Below the pieces are notes generated by a model. It did not search any database. It saw only the letters and a program-made list of their open reading frames with translations, and was not told the DNA's origin. Below, one piece after another: positions 20,066 through 29,938 of a stretch of DNA of 64,000 nt; within the stretch, counting starts at the first letter, position 1, and every line of letters starts with the position of its first letter. A program made the position numbers and the translations under genes. Where the stretch lies: NCBI GenBank assembly GCA_963678315.1, contig OY782781.1:128001-192000 (forward strand), written 5' to 3'. This DNA comes from Candidatus Cloacimonadales bacterium (GTDB lineage: Bacteria > Cloacimonadota > Cloacimonadia > Cloacimonadales > JAFGVF01).

Positions 20066-20365
20066 TTAAATCCTGACTCCAATTCCCAGAACTGTGGTTG
20101 ATAGCAAATCATAGTCTGTTATAAACAATGTATAATCCAAAGATAATAAGAAGAATTTATAGGTCAAAGTTGTTCCACTTTTTAGTTGACCCCCAAAAGT
20201 GTTTCCTAGGTTGTCATGAGAATAGTATAGGTAGAGATTATAGCCTTTATCTTTGAATGATTTATATATTGATTTATCTTCTTCTATCGAATCACTAGCA
20301 AAAGATTTTTCGCTAAAAATAAGCATTAAAATACCAAGAAATATAACCAAATACTTTTTGTTCAT
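20066..20365 (-). CDS. Internally deleted paralog of 19447-20049 (99 aa; possible pseudogene or half-barrel)
   Basis: KSIYKSFKDKGYNLYLYY matches KSLYESFKENGYELYLYY, and LSLDYTLF..DYDLLSTTVLGIGVRI matches the C-terminus; about 100 central residues are missing in frame. Confidence 0.65.
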   Translation of the reverse strand: MNKKYLVIFLGILMLIFSEKSFASDSIEEDKSIYKSFKDKGYNLYLYYSHDNLGNTFGGQLKSGTTLTYKFFLLSLDYTLFITDYDLLSTTVLGIGVRI

Positions 20366-20762
20366 AAGTCTCCCCTTTGATTTAATAAGTCCTAACTATA
20401 CTTACAATAGCCTAAATATATTAATATGTCAATTTATTAATTTCCAATTGAAGCTTTTCTAGTTGATTTACATTTTATAGGTTTTATATCTCAATATACA
20501 CCTTTGATTTACATTTGGGAAATTATAAGCCTATCAATTTTCAAAATTCAAGCAAACTATTTTACTTTTTCAATAATATTCTTGAGTGAATTTCATGTGT
20601 TCTAGTTTAATAACACAGCTAAAATTCTGAACATTTTTGATAAAAATCAACATTATTCAATGCAATGAACATAGAACTTATCTAATTACCATTTTTTTTC
20701 TTTACAAAAGAATAGTTTGAAATCTTATAGTATTAAAAATAATATTCAAAGAGGATATAGAG

Positions 20763-22154
20763 ATGAATAAAATTGGTTTTGATTTTCCTGAACAAGCCCG
20801 TACTACTATCTTAACTGATGCTGAAAACAACTGGTATATGCCACTTCTTGCTGAAAAATTAGGAAGGGATCTTGTTCCTGCTAAAAGAAGTAATTTTGGA
20901 CAATATGATATGGCTGTTAACTATGTGACTTCTGTTATTGAAGAATCAAAAGCTGTTGAAAAAGTTGCTGTTTATAATATTGACCACATGGCTCAAATCA
21001 AGTTTGAAGGTAAAGATGCTGCTAAATTATTAGACAGAACTCTTCCTGCAAATGTTGGTGGTATGAAGATTGGTCAATGTAAATATTCTCTTCTTCTTAA
21101 CGAAGAAGGTGGCGTGCAAGATGACTTAATCATAATGAGAGTCAGCGATCAACAGTTTATCTTAGTAATCAATGCTGGTCATGATATTACAGGTAAAGGT
21201 ATGGACCATGGTCATGAAGTTGAATTTATCTCTGATGCTGATAGAATTCTCAAATATAAAGAAGATGGCGAAGATGTTACTGTAACTGATATTTCAGCAG
21301 ACTATGCAAAAATTGATGTTCAAGGACCACTAAGCTATAGATTAATAAAAGAATTATACGGTGTTGAAGTTCTTAAAAATAGAAACAAGCCAGAAAAAAA
21401 CATGGCTTATTTCACATTTAATGAATTTGATTATGAAGGACATCACTACTTTATTTCTAGAACTGGTTACACTAACAGATGGGGTTGGGAACTTTATGTA
21501 CCAGCTGCTGTTGCTGTTGAACAATTCAAAAGAATCGTTACTAAAGCTCTTGATTTAGATGGTTTATTAGTTGGACTTGGTGGTAGAGATGAAAATAGAA
21601 TCTCTGCCGGTGCAAACGGTCTTCCTTTAATGGGACAAGAATACAAACCTGAATGGTCTCCTGTTAACACTCCTCTCTTCAAAGCAGCTTGTGACTTTAC
21701 AAAAGACTTCTTTGTTGGTAAAGAAGCAATTGAAAAAGTTATTAATGATGGCTGTAACAAAAGAATGTCTATTGTTATCTCTGAAGGTATTGTTGTTGAT
21801 AGAGATGTTTACCTTAATGGTAAAAAAATTGGTATCTGTACTTCATCTATCAACTCTCCAAACGTATCACAAGAGAAAAGAGAATTTATCGGTTCAAAAC
21901 GTAAATCTGTTAATGGACAAGATGGTGTTGCTGCAATCGGTCTTGTATGGTTAGACGAAAATCCATTCGAAATTGATGCAGAAGGTAATGAGATTCTTGA
22001 AAAAGATGGTCAAGCAATTAGAATTCCTGTTGAATTCTTTAGAGTAGACGCAGAAGGTAATCCTAAAGGTAAAGCAGCTTTAGGTTATATCATTGCTGAT
22101 GGTATCTCTCCAGCAACTGCTCCTAAACCTTTAAAAAGAATCCAAAATTTATAA
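20763..22154 (+). CDS. gcvT: Aminomethyltransferase family protein (GcvT-like, divergent)
   Basis: NIDHM, CKYSLLLNEEGGVQDDLI, VINAG, IDVQGP, ISRTGYT..GWELY and GLGGRD. Confidence 0.78.
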   Translation: MNKIGFDFPEQARTTILTDAENNWYMPLLAEKLGRDLVPAKRSNFGQYDMAVNYVTSVIEESKAVEKVAVYNIDHMAQIKFEGKDAAKLLDRTLPANVGGMKIGQCKYSLLLNEEGGVQDDLIIMRVSDQQFILVINAGHDITGKGMDHGHEVEFISDADRILKYKEDGEDVTVTDISADYAKIDVQGPLSYRLIKELYGVEVLKNRNKPEKNMAYFTFNEFDYEGHHYFISRTGYTNRWGWELYVPAAVAVEQFKRIVTKALDLDGLLVGLGGRDENRISAGANGLPLMGQEYKPEWSPVNTPLFKAACDFTKDFFVGKEAIEKVINDGCNKRMSIVISEGIVVDRDVYLNGKKIGICTSSINSPNVSQEKREFIGSKRKSVNGQDGVAAIGLVWLDENPFEIDAEGNEILEKDGQAIRIPVEFFRVDAEGNPKGKAALGYIIADGISPATAPKPLKRIQNL

Positions 22155-22192
22155 ACTAGTAACTGTTTAAGATATAGTTAAATAAAAGATTG

Positions 22193-22231
22193 AACCGGTT
22201 GCTTAGAATAATCTAAGAGCCGGTTTTTTTT
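22193..22231 (+). terminator. Rho-independent terminator of gcvT
   Basis: AACCGGTTGCTTAGA...TCTAAGAGCCGGTT followed by a T run. Confidence 0.75.
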
Positions 22232-22272
22232 GTGCTGTTGTTTTGTCTGTGAGCATCAACTGCTAGCTTTTC

Positions 22273-22410
22273 GTAGAGACGTTTGGAAAAACGTCTCAAA
22301 AGGATGGAGTGTAAGCATCCGCCGTTAGGGCTGAGCTGAGCTCATGCTTACGCTATTCATTTTCGTAAACTAGGACAGTAACAGGCGAAGACTGTAAGTT
22401 ACAATCCCAG
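22273..22410. repeat. REP-like mosaic (three hairpin types)
   Basis: GTAG-AGACGTTT-GGAA-AAACGTCT (22273-22297), AGTGTAAGCAT...ATGCTTACGCT (about 22308-22354) and minus-strand CTGGGATTGTAAC...GTTACTGTCCT (about 22372-22410). Confidence 0.6.
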
Positions 22411-22674
22411 TTAAATTCTAGCAAAACCTTAGTAAAAACTCAACATTCTTTTCAATACTTTTCTATCTTTATATTCTCTTTTAATATTAATATTTATTAA
22501 TTATATTATCTTGCATTCAATTATTGACTATGTTAGCCAGAAAGATTTTAAATTGCTTAATCCCTTTAAAAAAGCATCCTAGCAAGAAAGACATTTAAAA
22601 ATACGATTTGTCTTGACACATACAATCGATATATATTTATCGGTATTATATTAATGATTAATTTGGAGGTACAC

Positions 22675-23079
22675 ATGGAAACATGCGTTATCAGACTTAG
22701 AATGAGTCAAGCAGATGCACACTATGGTGGAAACCTAGTAGATGGAGCAAAGATGTTGCAGTTATTTGGTGATGTAGCTACAGAGCTATTAATCAGGAAT
22801 GATGGTGATGAAGGCTTGTTTGCAGGATATGAATCAACTCAATTCTTAGCACCTGTTTATGCTGGTGACTATATTGAGGCTTGTGGTAGAATAGTCAAAG
22901 TTGGTAATTCTTCAAGAAGAATGGAATTTGAAGCAAGAAAAGTTATTGTTTCAAAACCTGAAATTAATGATTCAGCAGCAGAGATACTTACTGAACCAGT
23001 AATAGTTTGTCGTGCAGTAGGAACATGTGTAGTACCAAAAGATAAACAAAGATATAGTAACGAAAAGAAATCTGCATAG
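22675..23079 (+). CDS. kal: 3-aminobutyryl-CoA ammonia-lyase (hotdog fold; lysine fermentation)
   Basis: [54 protein letters not shown]. Start moved to the ATG after GGAGGT. Confidence 0.9.
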   Translation: METCVIRLRMSQADAHYGGNLVDGAKMLQLFGDVATELLIRNDGDEGLFAGYESTQFLAPVYAGDYIEACGRIVKVGNSSRRMEFEARKVIVSKPEINDSAAEILTEPVIVCRAVGTCVVPKDKQRYSNEKKSA

Positions 23080-23089
23080 GTAATAATCT

Positions 23090-23854
23090 ATGAACAACAT
23101 AATATTCAAAAAAGAAAAACACATTGGTAAGATAATTATCAATCGTCCGGAAGCATTAAATGCTCTTAACAGTGATTTATTAAGAGAGCTAAATGAGCTC
23201 TTAACCGTCATTGAGAAGGACCAAGATCTGCGTGTAGTAATCATTACAGGAGCAGGAAGGTCATTTGTTGCTGGAGCTGATATCAAAGAAATGCAAGCTC
23301 TTACTTCCACAGAAGCTAGAGAATTTGCTCAACTTGGTTTAAGTGTTTTTAGAAGGATAGAAGAATTATCAATGCCAGTAATTGCCTGTGTTAATGGATT
23401 TGCTTTAGGTGGAGGCTGTGAGCTAGCCCTAGCTTGCGAGTTAAGAATTGCTTCAGAGAAAGCAAAGTTTGGACAACCTGAAGTAGGCTTAGGTGTAACA
23501 CCAGGATTTGGTGGAACTCAAAGACTTCCAAGACTAATTGGTCTTTCAAGAGCAAAGCAGATGATTTACACAGGTCAAATGATTGATGCATTGAAGGCAA
23601 AAGAGATTGGCTTAGTAAACGAAGTATTCACAGAAGAAATTCTTGAAGAAGAGACTATGAAGCTAGCAAATAAAATAGCAAGTCAATCTAAATCAGCTAT
23701 CAGCTTAGCCAAATCTGCAATCAATAAAGGTATTGAAACAAACTTAGCAAGTTCTATGGATATAGAGAGAAATCTCTTTGCTTTGTGTTTTTCAACAGAT
23801 GATCAAAAAGAAGGTATGCAAGCCTTTGTAGAAAAGAGAAAACCTACATTTTAG
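23090..23854 (+). CDS. crt: Crotonase (short-chain enoyl-CoA hydratase)
   Basis: [48 protein letters not shown]. Confidence 0.93.
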   Translation: MNNIIFKKEKHIGKIIINRPEALNALNSDLLRELNELLTVIEKDQDLRVVIITGAGRSFVAGADIKEMQALTSTEAREFAQLGLSVFRRIEELSMPVIACVNGFALGGGCELALACELRIASEKAKFGQPEVGLGVTPGFGGTQRLPRLIGLSRAKQMIYTGQMIDALKAKEIGLVNEVFTEEILEEETMKLANKIASQSKSAISLAKSAINKGIETNLASSMDIERNLFALCFSTDDQKEGMQAFVEKRKPTF

Positions 23855-23862
23855 GAGGAATT

Positions 23863-24717
23863 ATGTTAATAGGTATAATCGGTGCAGGAACTATGGGCTC
23901 AGGAATAGCACAAACATTTGCTATCAATAATCATCAAGTTATTCTTAATGATCTTGAAGAAGGCAGTTTAGATAGAGCTATAAAAGCTGTTACAAAAAGT
24001 TTAGATAGATTAATATCAAAAGAAAAGATCACTGAAGAAGTTAAAGCTTCTACTTTAGCTAATATTTCAACAAGCACTGACATCAATAATTTCAAAGACG
24101 TTGACATTGTGATTGAAGCAGTTGCTGAGAATATGGAAATTAAGAAATCTCTTTTTACACAATTAGATAATATATGTAAGAAAGAAACTATTATTGCAAC
24201 TAACACTTCTTCCCTATCAATTACTGAAATTGCAAGCGTAACCAAGCGTCCTGGCAAAATAATTGGAATGCACTTCTTTAATCCAGTTCCAGTTATGAAA
24301 TTGGTAGAAATCATTAAGGGCTTAGCAACTGATACAGAAACAGTTAAGACTATTAAAGATGTTGCTAGAGAAATAGGTAAAGAAGCTGTTGAAGTTAATG
24401 AGATGCCTGGTTTCGTTGTTAATAGGGTCTTAATTCCTATGATCAATGAAGCAATAGGAATTCTAGCTGATGATGTTGCTTCTGCAGAAGATATTGACAA
24501 TGCTATGAAACTAGGTGCTAACCACCCAATCGGTCCTTTAGCATTAGCTGATTTAATTGGTAATGATGTAAACCTTGCTATAATGGAGACTCTTTTTGAA
24601 GAGTTTGGTGATCCTAAATACAGACCACACCCATTATTAAAAAAATACGTAAAAGCTGGATTATTAGGTAGAAAATCAGGACGTGGCTTCTACGATTACA
24701 CAAAAAAAGCTAGTTAA
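23863..24717 (+). CDS. hbd: 3-hydroxybutyryl-CoA dehydrogenase
   Basis: [34 protein letters not shown] and [11 protein letters not shown]. Confidence 0.95.
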   Translation: MLIGIIGAGTMGSGIAQTFAINNHQVILNDLEEGSLDRAIKAVTKSLDRLISKEKITEEVKASTLANISTSTDINNFKDVDIVIEAVAENMEIKKSLFTQLDNICKKETIIATNTSSLSITEIASVTKRPGKIIGMHFFNPVPVMKLVEIIKGLATDTETVKTIKDVAREIGKEAVEVNEMPGFVVNRVLIPMINEAIGILADDVASAEDIDNAMKLGANHPIGPLALADLIGNDVNLAIMETLFEEFGDPKYRPHPLLKKYVKAGLLGRKSGRGFYDYTKKAS

Positions 24718-24754
24718 TAAATTATAATAAAATATACAAATAGATGAGGTAAAG

Positions 24755-25894
24755 ATGGATTTTAGTTTCGCTAAAGAGTATGAAGTATGCCGAAGCATGT
24801 TCAGAGAATTCGCTCTTAATGAAGTTAAGCCAATTGCACAAGAAGTAGACGAAGAAGAAAGATTCCCAGTTGAAACAGTGAAAAAGATGGCTGAATGTGG
24901 AATGATGGGAATTCCTATCCCAAAGGAGTATGGTGGACAAGGCTGTGATACATTAACCTATGTCATGGCTGTGGAAGAATTGTCTAAAGTATGTGGAACA
25001 ACAGGTGTTGTTTTATCTGCTCATACATCTTTATGTGCTGTTCCAATATTAGAATATGGTACAGATCAACAAAAACAAAAATATTTAGTTCCTCTGGCAA
25101 AAGGAGAAAAGGTTGGAGCTTTTGCTTTAACTGAACCTAACGCAGGAACTGATGCTGCATCTCAGCAAACAATTGCTGAAGATTGTGGTGATTATTATCT
25201 TATAAATGGTTCTAAAATTTTCATTACTAATGCAGGCTATGCAGATATATTTATTGTGATGGCAATGACAGATAAAAAAGCAGGAACAAGAGGTATCACA
25301 GCTTTCATTATGGAAAAAGGTATGCCTGGTTTCACTATAGGTAAACATGAAAAGAAGATGGGAATTAGAGGTTCATCAACAAGTGAATTAATCTTTGAAA
25401 ATGTTAAAGTTCCTAAAGAAAATCTTCTTGGTAAAGTCGGAAGAGGTTTCGGTTTAGCCATGAAAACACTTGATGGTGGAAGAATTGGTATAGCAGCTCA
25501 AGCTTTAGGATTATCTCAGGGCGCTCTTGATGAAACTATTAGCTATACTAAAGAAAGAAAGCAATTTGGTAGAGCTATCTCAAAGTTCCAAAATACTCAA
25601 TTCCAATTAGCAGATATGCACTGCAAGACAGATGCAGCTAGAAACTTAGTTTATAAAGCTGCCTGGAAGAAAGATCAGAAAATGCCTTACTCTGTTGATG
25701 CAGCAATGGCAAAGTTATTTGCAGCTGAAGTAGCTATGGAAGTAACAACTAAAGCAGTCCAACTTCATGGTGGATATGGTTATACTAGAGAGTATAATGT
25801 TGAAAGAATGATGCGTGATGCCAAGATTACTGAAATTTATGAAGGTACTTCTGAAGTTCAAAAAATGGTTATCGCTGGGTCAATTTTAAGGTAG
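24755..25894 (+). CDS. bcd: Butyryl-CoA dehydrogenase (electron-bifurcating Bcd)
   Basis: FALTEPNAGTDA, NGSKIFITN, TLDGGRIGIAAQALG and RDAKITEIYEGTSE; directly upstream of etfBA. Confidence 0.92.
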   Translation: MDFSFAKEYEVCRSMFREFALNEVKPIAQEVDEEERFPVETVKKMAECGMMGIPIPKEYGGQGCDTLTYVMAVEELSKVCGTTGVVLSAHTSLCAVPILEYGTDQQKQKYLVPLAKGEKVGAFALTEPNAGTDAASQQTIAEDCGDYYLINGSKIFITNAGYADIFIVMAMTDKKAGTRGITAFIMEKGMPGFTIGKHEKKMGIRGSSTSELIFENVKVPKENLLGKVGRGFGLAMKTLDGGRIGIAAQALGLSQGALDETISYTKERKQFGRAISKFQNTQFQLADMHCKTDAARNLVYKAAWKKDQKMPYSVDAAMAKLFAAEVAMEVTTKAVQLHGGYGYTREYNVERMMRDAKITEIYEGTSEVQKMVIAGSILR

Positions 25895-25905
25895 AGGAGA
25901 TTGAA

Positions 25906-26691
25906 ATGAAAATAGTAGTATGTATAAAACAAGTTCCAAATACTAATGAAATAAGAATTGATCCTATCAAAGGTACGCTAATTAGAGATGGTGTTGAAAG
26001 CATCATGAATCCTGACGATAAAGCAGGTCTTGAAGCAGCTTTACAGATTAAAGATAAGTATGGAGATGTTACAATTACTGCCCTAACAATGGGACCTCAA
26101 CAGGCTAAAGAAATTCTTCGTGAAGCACTTGCTATGGGTGTTGACGAGGCTATACTTTTATCTGATAGATTCTTTGCTGGAGCTGATACTTGGGCAACTT
26201 CTCTTACAATTGCTTCTGCAATAAAGAAAATTGGTTTTGATGTAATTATTTGTGGAAGACAAGCTATTGATGGAGATACAGCGCAGGTCGGTCCTCAAAT
26301 AGCTGAACATCTAAAAATACCTCACGTATCTTATGTTTCTGATATAGTTAAAGAAGAAGGAAGCTTAGTGGTTAAACGCGAATTTGAAGACTTTTATCAA
26401 AGAATTAGACTTCCTTTCCCATGCTTAATTACTGCTCTTTCTGATATGAATAAAGCTCGTTACATGCAAGTTGGTAGAATCTTTGATGCTTACAGATCTT
26501 ATGAAATTAAAGAGATGGGACAAGCAGATATTGATATTAATCCAGAAGAACTTGGATTAAAAGGTTCACCTACTAAAGTTAGAAAAACTGAAACTAAAAA
26601 AGCAAAGAAAGCTGGCATAGTTCATGAATTATCAGCTAGAGAAAGCGCAGAAAAAATCATTTCTGCTCTTGAAGAAAAATATGTTATTTAG
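25906..26691 (+). CDS. etfB: Electron transfer flavoprotein subunit beta
   Basis: CIKQVP, MNPDD, GADTWAT, GRQAIDGDTAQVGP (bifurcating-type NADH motif) and GSPT. Confidence 0.95.
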   Translation: MKIVVCIKQVPNTNEIRIDPIKGTLIRDGVESIMNPDDKAGLEAALQIKDKYGDVTITALTMGPQQAKEILREALAMGVDEAILLSDRFFAGADTWATSLTIASAIKKIGFDVIICGRQAIDGDTAQVGPQIAEHLKIPHVSYVSDIVKEEGSLVVKREFEDFYQRIRLPFPCLITALSDMNKARYMQVGRIFDAYRSYEIKEMGQADIDINPEELGLKGSPTKVRKTETKKAKKAGIVHELSARESAEKIISALEEKYVI

Positions 26692-26700
26692 GAGCTAGTA

Positions 26701-27723
26701 ATGAGAGATAATAATAAAAATGTAATGGTATATGTTGAAGTAAGACACAACAATATCCAGAATGTAGGACTTGAGCTTATTGGTAAAGCTCGTGACTTAG
26801 CTGATGCTCAAAATAGCAATGTTATTGCTGTAATCTTAGGAGATAAGATAACAGATGAACAAGCTCAAGATCTTATAGCTTATGGTGCAGATGAAGTAAT
26901 TGTAGCCAACCATGATTTATTAGCTACTTATATTAATGAATCATACACTAAGGTCTTAGTTGATATCATGAATGAGATTAATGTAGATTCAGCTCTGTTC
27001 GGTGCTTCTGCTATTGGTAGGGATCTGGCTCCAAGGGTATCTGCACGACTTCATACTGGTTTGACTGCAGATTGTACTGGACTTGAAGTTGACTTAGAAA
27101 AAGAACAACTTCTTATGACTAGACCAGCCTTTGGTGGTAACCTATTCGCTACAATCATCTGTCCTGACCATAAACCTCAAATGGCTTCTGTTAGACCAGG
27201 AGTAATGCAAAAGAAAGCAAAGGACCAAGCAAGAAAAGGTTCAATCATAAAGTGGAATGTTGAATTAGATAATTCTCACATAAACTATGAAGTTTTAGAA
27301 GAAGTAGTTATCAAAACTGAAAAGAAAAATATCGAAGAAGCTAATATTCTTGTATCAGCTGGTAGAGGTGTTGGTTCAGCTGATAACTTAGCAAAATTAT
27401 CTGATTTAGCAGACAATCTAGGAGCTATGGTTGCTGGTTCAAGAGCAGTTGTAGATGCTGGTTGGATTGAACACCAACAACAAGTTGGGCAAACAGGTAA
27501 AACAGTTAGACCTGAAGTTTACTTTGCTTTAGGTATTTCTGGAGCTATCCAACACGTTGCAGGTATGGAAGAATCTGATTTGATTATTGCTATAAATAAG
27601 AACCCTGAAGCACCTATCTTCGAAGTTGCAGATTTAGGCTTAGTCGGTGATGTTAACCAAATCATCCCTGAACTTACAAAATCACTTAAAGAATTAAAAG
27701 AAAGAAAGACCAACCTAATATAA
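26701..27723 (+). CDS. etfA: Electron transfer flavoprotein subunit alpha
   Basis: GRDLAPRVSARL.TGLTADCT, RPAFGGN, QVGQTGKTV and GISGAIQH. Confidence 0.95.
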   Translation: MRDNNKNVMVYVEVRHNNIQNVGLELIGKARDLADAQNSNVIAVILGDKITDEQAQDLIAYGADEVIVANHDLLATYINESYTKVLVDIMNEINVDSALFGASAIGRDLAPRVSARLHTGLTADCTGLEVDLEKEQLLMTRPAFGGNLFATIICPDHKPQMASVRPGVMQKKAKDQARKGSIIKWNVELDNSHINYEVLEEVVIKTEKKNIEEANILVSAGRGVGSADNLAKLSDLADNLGAMVAGSRAVVDAGWIEHQQQVGQTGKTVRPEVYFALGISGAIQHVAGMEESDLIIAINKNPEAPIFEVADLGLVGDVNQIIPELTKSLKELKERKTNLI

Positions 27724-27758
27724 ACTAAAACAATCAGCACATGCTGATTTTTCTCTCC

Positions 27759-27788
27759 AAGCAGACATTAAATAGTGTCTGCTTTTTT
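27759..27788 (+). terminator. Rho-independent terminator of the kal-etfA operon
   Basis: AAGCAGACATTA-AA-TAGTGTCTGCTT followed by a T run. Confidence 0.8.
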
Positions 27789-27906
27789 ATGTTTCCCAAC
27801 CAAGATAATTACACTTTTAGCCGCAATAGTCAAGCCTAATGCATTATTTAGGTTAAAAGCTAAAAACTAATAAAGAATTAACATTTACTCACTTATTCCT
27901 TAGTAA

Positions 27907-27940
27907 CTTCCTGCATTAAATCACTTTTTTATGCAGGAGG
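27907..27940. repeat. 34-bp palindrome family A, copy 2
   Basis: CTTCCTGCATTAA-ATCACTTT-TTTATGCAGGAGG, followed by CTAT as in copy 1. Confidence 0.85.
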
Positions 27941-27955
27941 CTATTGATTTAACAT

Positions 27956-27988
27956 AAAAAAAAGAGAGTGCTGATAAACAACACTCTC
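27956..27988 (-). terminator. Terminator of the LruC lipoprotein gene
   Basis: GAGAGTGTTG...CAGCACTCTC followed by T8 on the minus strand. Confidence 0.75.
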
Positions 27989-28010
27989 AATCTATATATA
28001 TTCTTTATAA

Positions 28011-29795
28011 CTAGTCTTCGAAATTATATATTTTATCTTCTACGTAATTCATATACCATGATGTATTTGTTTGACCACCTGATTCAGCCCAAGCTTTAAA
28101 CTCAGGATATGCTCCAGTAATATCTACATTCTCTCTTGGATGTAAGAAGTTCACTTGAGTTGAGAGTAGTTCAATACCCCAAGGATGTCCTTGTGCTGTT
28201 TGATACCAGTAATCAGAAGTAGGATCAGTAGCATCATCACCTGTCATAAACTTGTTTACATCAGCACCAGCTGTAGCAGGTCTGTTAGGTAAATGAATTT
28301 CTCTTCCTCTATGACCAGCATGGTATAAGAAGAAATCTTCTACTAAGTTAACAGGTTGAGTTGCAGCTGTGTTGAAATTCACAGTAAATAATCTATCGTA
28401 GATAGTTCCATCAGGACCAACACCATTATTTTGATAGTAAGTATTGATTTGAGCAAAAACATCACCTGTGATGATAATACTATTATCTTCATAAGGGTCA
28501 ATATCTGAGTTATGAGATGAGTCTTTAACAAAAGCAGGATCTGTTAATGGAGTATAAACATTTCTACTTCCATTGTTTTCTACATTAATAAACCTAACAC
28601 CTAAACCATTGTGATAACCAGCACCAAGTCCTCTATATCTTACTGATGCATTTAAATCAACATACTGGTTTTGAGCATTTAAAGCATATTCAAATCTAGT
28701 ACCAATAACCATGTCATTGAAGTCATAGTCACCTTTATCAGGCCATAAATCTTCAAATGCTACAATTCTTCTACCTGTGTAAGGTACAACAACTCTGTAA
28801 GCTCTTTCTGGATCATTAGGATAGTCATCATCATTATCGTTCACATTATCGCCATCACTATCACCTATAGCATTATAAACAATATTATCTAAGAAATAGT
28901 AGTCGATTCCAAAGTTATGAGAATGGAAACCTAAAGTAAGTCTTGTACTATTAGCAGGTATTACAAAAGCTGTTGAGAATTCAGTCCATGTTATATCCAT
29001 ATCATGTTCAGCTGAATTAAGTTGAAGAGCTTGAGTACCTGTAGCATTACCATTGATATCATAATATGAGAAGTTCACAGTCAAAGTTACAAAGTTCTCA
29101 TCTGGATTTCTAACAGAAAATGTTAAAAATGCTTGATCATTAGGATTTACATCGATAGATTGAGTTGCATAACAGTTAGGAACCATCTTTAAAACACTGT
29201 TACCATCCATTGGATCATCAACAATATCACAATCTTGTGTACCTGCACTATACTGGTACCACTCACCATCTACAGGCGGTTCAAAGTTTGCGTTAGGAGA
29301 GTCATTAAGTAAATCAATCTCAAAGTCATGATTTCCAATAGGGTTAACTCTAGTATCCTTCTCTTTGTTAGAGACAACAACTGAAGTTAAGACATCGCTA
29401 AGTTCAATTGTTACATTTTGTTCTAATTCATAAGGACTAATTGCTTTAGTTAAATTAACAGATGGAATATGTATTAATAATGAGCTCACTTCTTCAGGAA
29501 TAACAGCAGGAATTGATGCTTGCATGTTATCTATTACTGCAGAAGTAACTATTTCATTTTTCCCATCTATAAGATTAATTTTATGACCATTTAAATCTAT
29601 ATCAAGGTGTTGAGAATTAATTTCAACATTAACCTTGATTCTATTACCTGTTACCCAATCAAAGTCTGTTGGGACATTTAAATCTTCAAACTCAGTAGAT
29701 AATTCATAAACTGGTTGAGATGAATTATCATCACTACACGACACTAAAACAGCAGTTAGTGTCAATATTAAAAGTATTCTAGTTATAATTTTCAT
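28011..29795 (-). CDS. LruC/DUF4842 domain lipoprotein with a carbohydrate-binding-like module
   Basis: Lipobox LVSC, DSDGDNVNDNDDDYPNDP, AFEDLWPDKGDYDFNDMV, REIHL, and AYPEFKAWAESGG..WY. Confidence 0.85.
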   Translation of the reverse strand: MKIITRILLILTLTAVLVSCSDDNSSQPVYELSTEFEDLNVPTDFDWVTGNRIKVNVEINSQHLDIDLNGHKINLIDGKNEIVTSAVIDNMQASIPAVIPEEVSSLLIHIPSVNLTKAISPYELEQNVTIELSDVLTSVVVSNKEKDTRVNPIGNHDFEIDLLNDSPNANFEPPVDGEWYQYSAGTQDCDIVDDPMDGNSVLKMVPNCYATQSIDVNPNDQAFLTFSVRNPDENFVTLTVNFSYYDINGNATGTQALQLNSAEHDMDITWTEFSTAFVIPANSTRLTLGFHSHNFGIDYYFLDNIVYNAIGDSDGDNVNDNDDDYPNDPERAYRVVVPYTGRRIVAFEDLWPDKGDYDFNDMVIGTRFEYALNAQNQYVDLNASVRYRGLGAGYHNGLGVRFINVENNGSRNVYTPLTDPAFVKDSSHNSDIDPYEDNSIIITGDVFAQINTYYQNNGVGPDGTIYDRLFTVNFNTAATQPVNLVEDFFLYHAGHRGREIHLPNRPATAGADVNKFMTGDDATDPTSDYWYQTAQGHPWGIELLSTQVNFLHPRENVDITGAYPEFKAWAESGGQTNTSWYMNYVEDKIYNFED

Positions 29796-29880
29796 ACTTC
29801 CTCCATACTAAATTAAATAAACATTACTTCTCATTACAAAAGTTAAACAACTATCAAATATTGGCAAGTTATTTTATATG

Positions 29881-29910
29881 AAAAATAGGCTATCCTTTCG
29901 GACAGCCTAT
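29881..29910 (-). terminator. Terminator of the large nuclease gene
   Basis: ATAGGCTGTCC-GAAA-GGATAGCCTAT followed by Ts. Confidence 0.8.
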
Positions 29911-29938
29911 CTATGTTAATTATTTATTTATTAAGTAT

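Noticed and set aside
20366..22674. Glycine riboswitch before gcvT or lysine riboswitch before kal
   Set aside because: No recognisable aptamer consensus; leaders are short and AT-rich.
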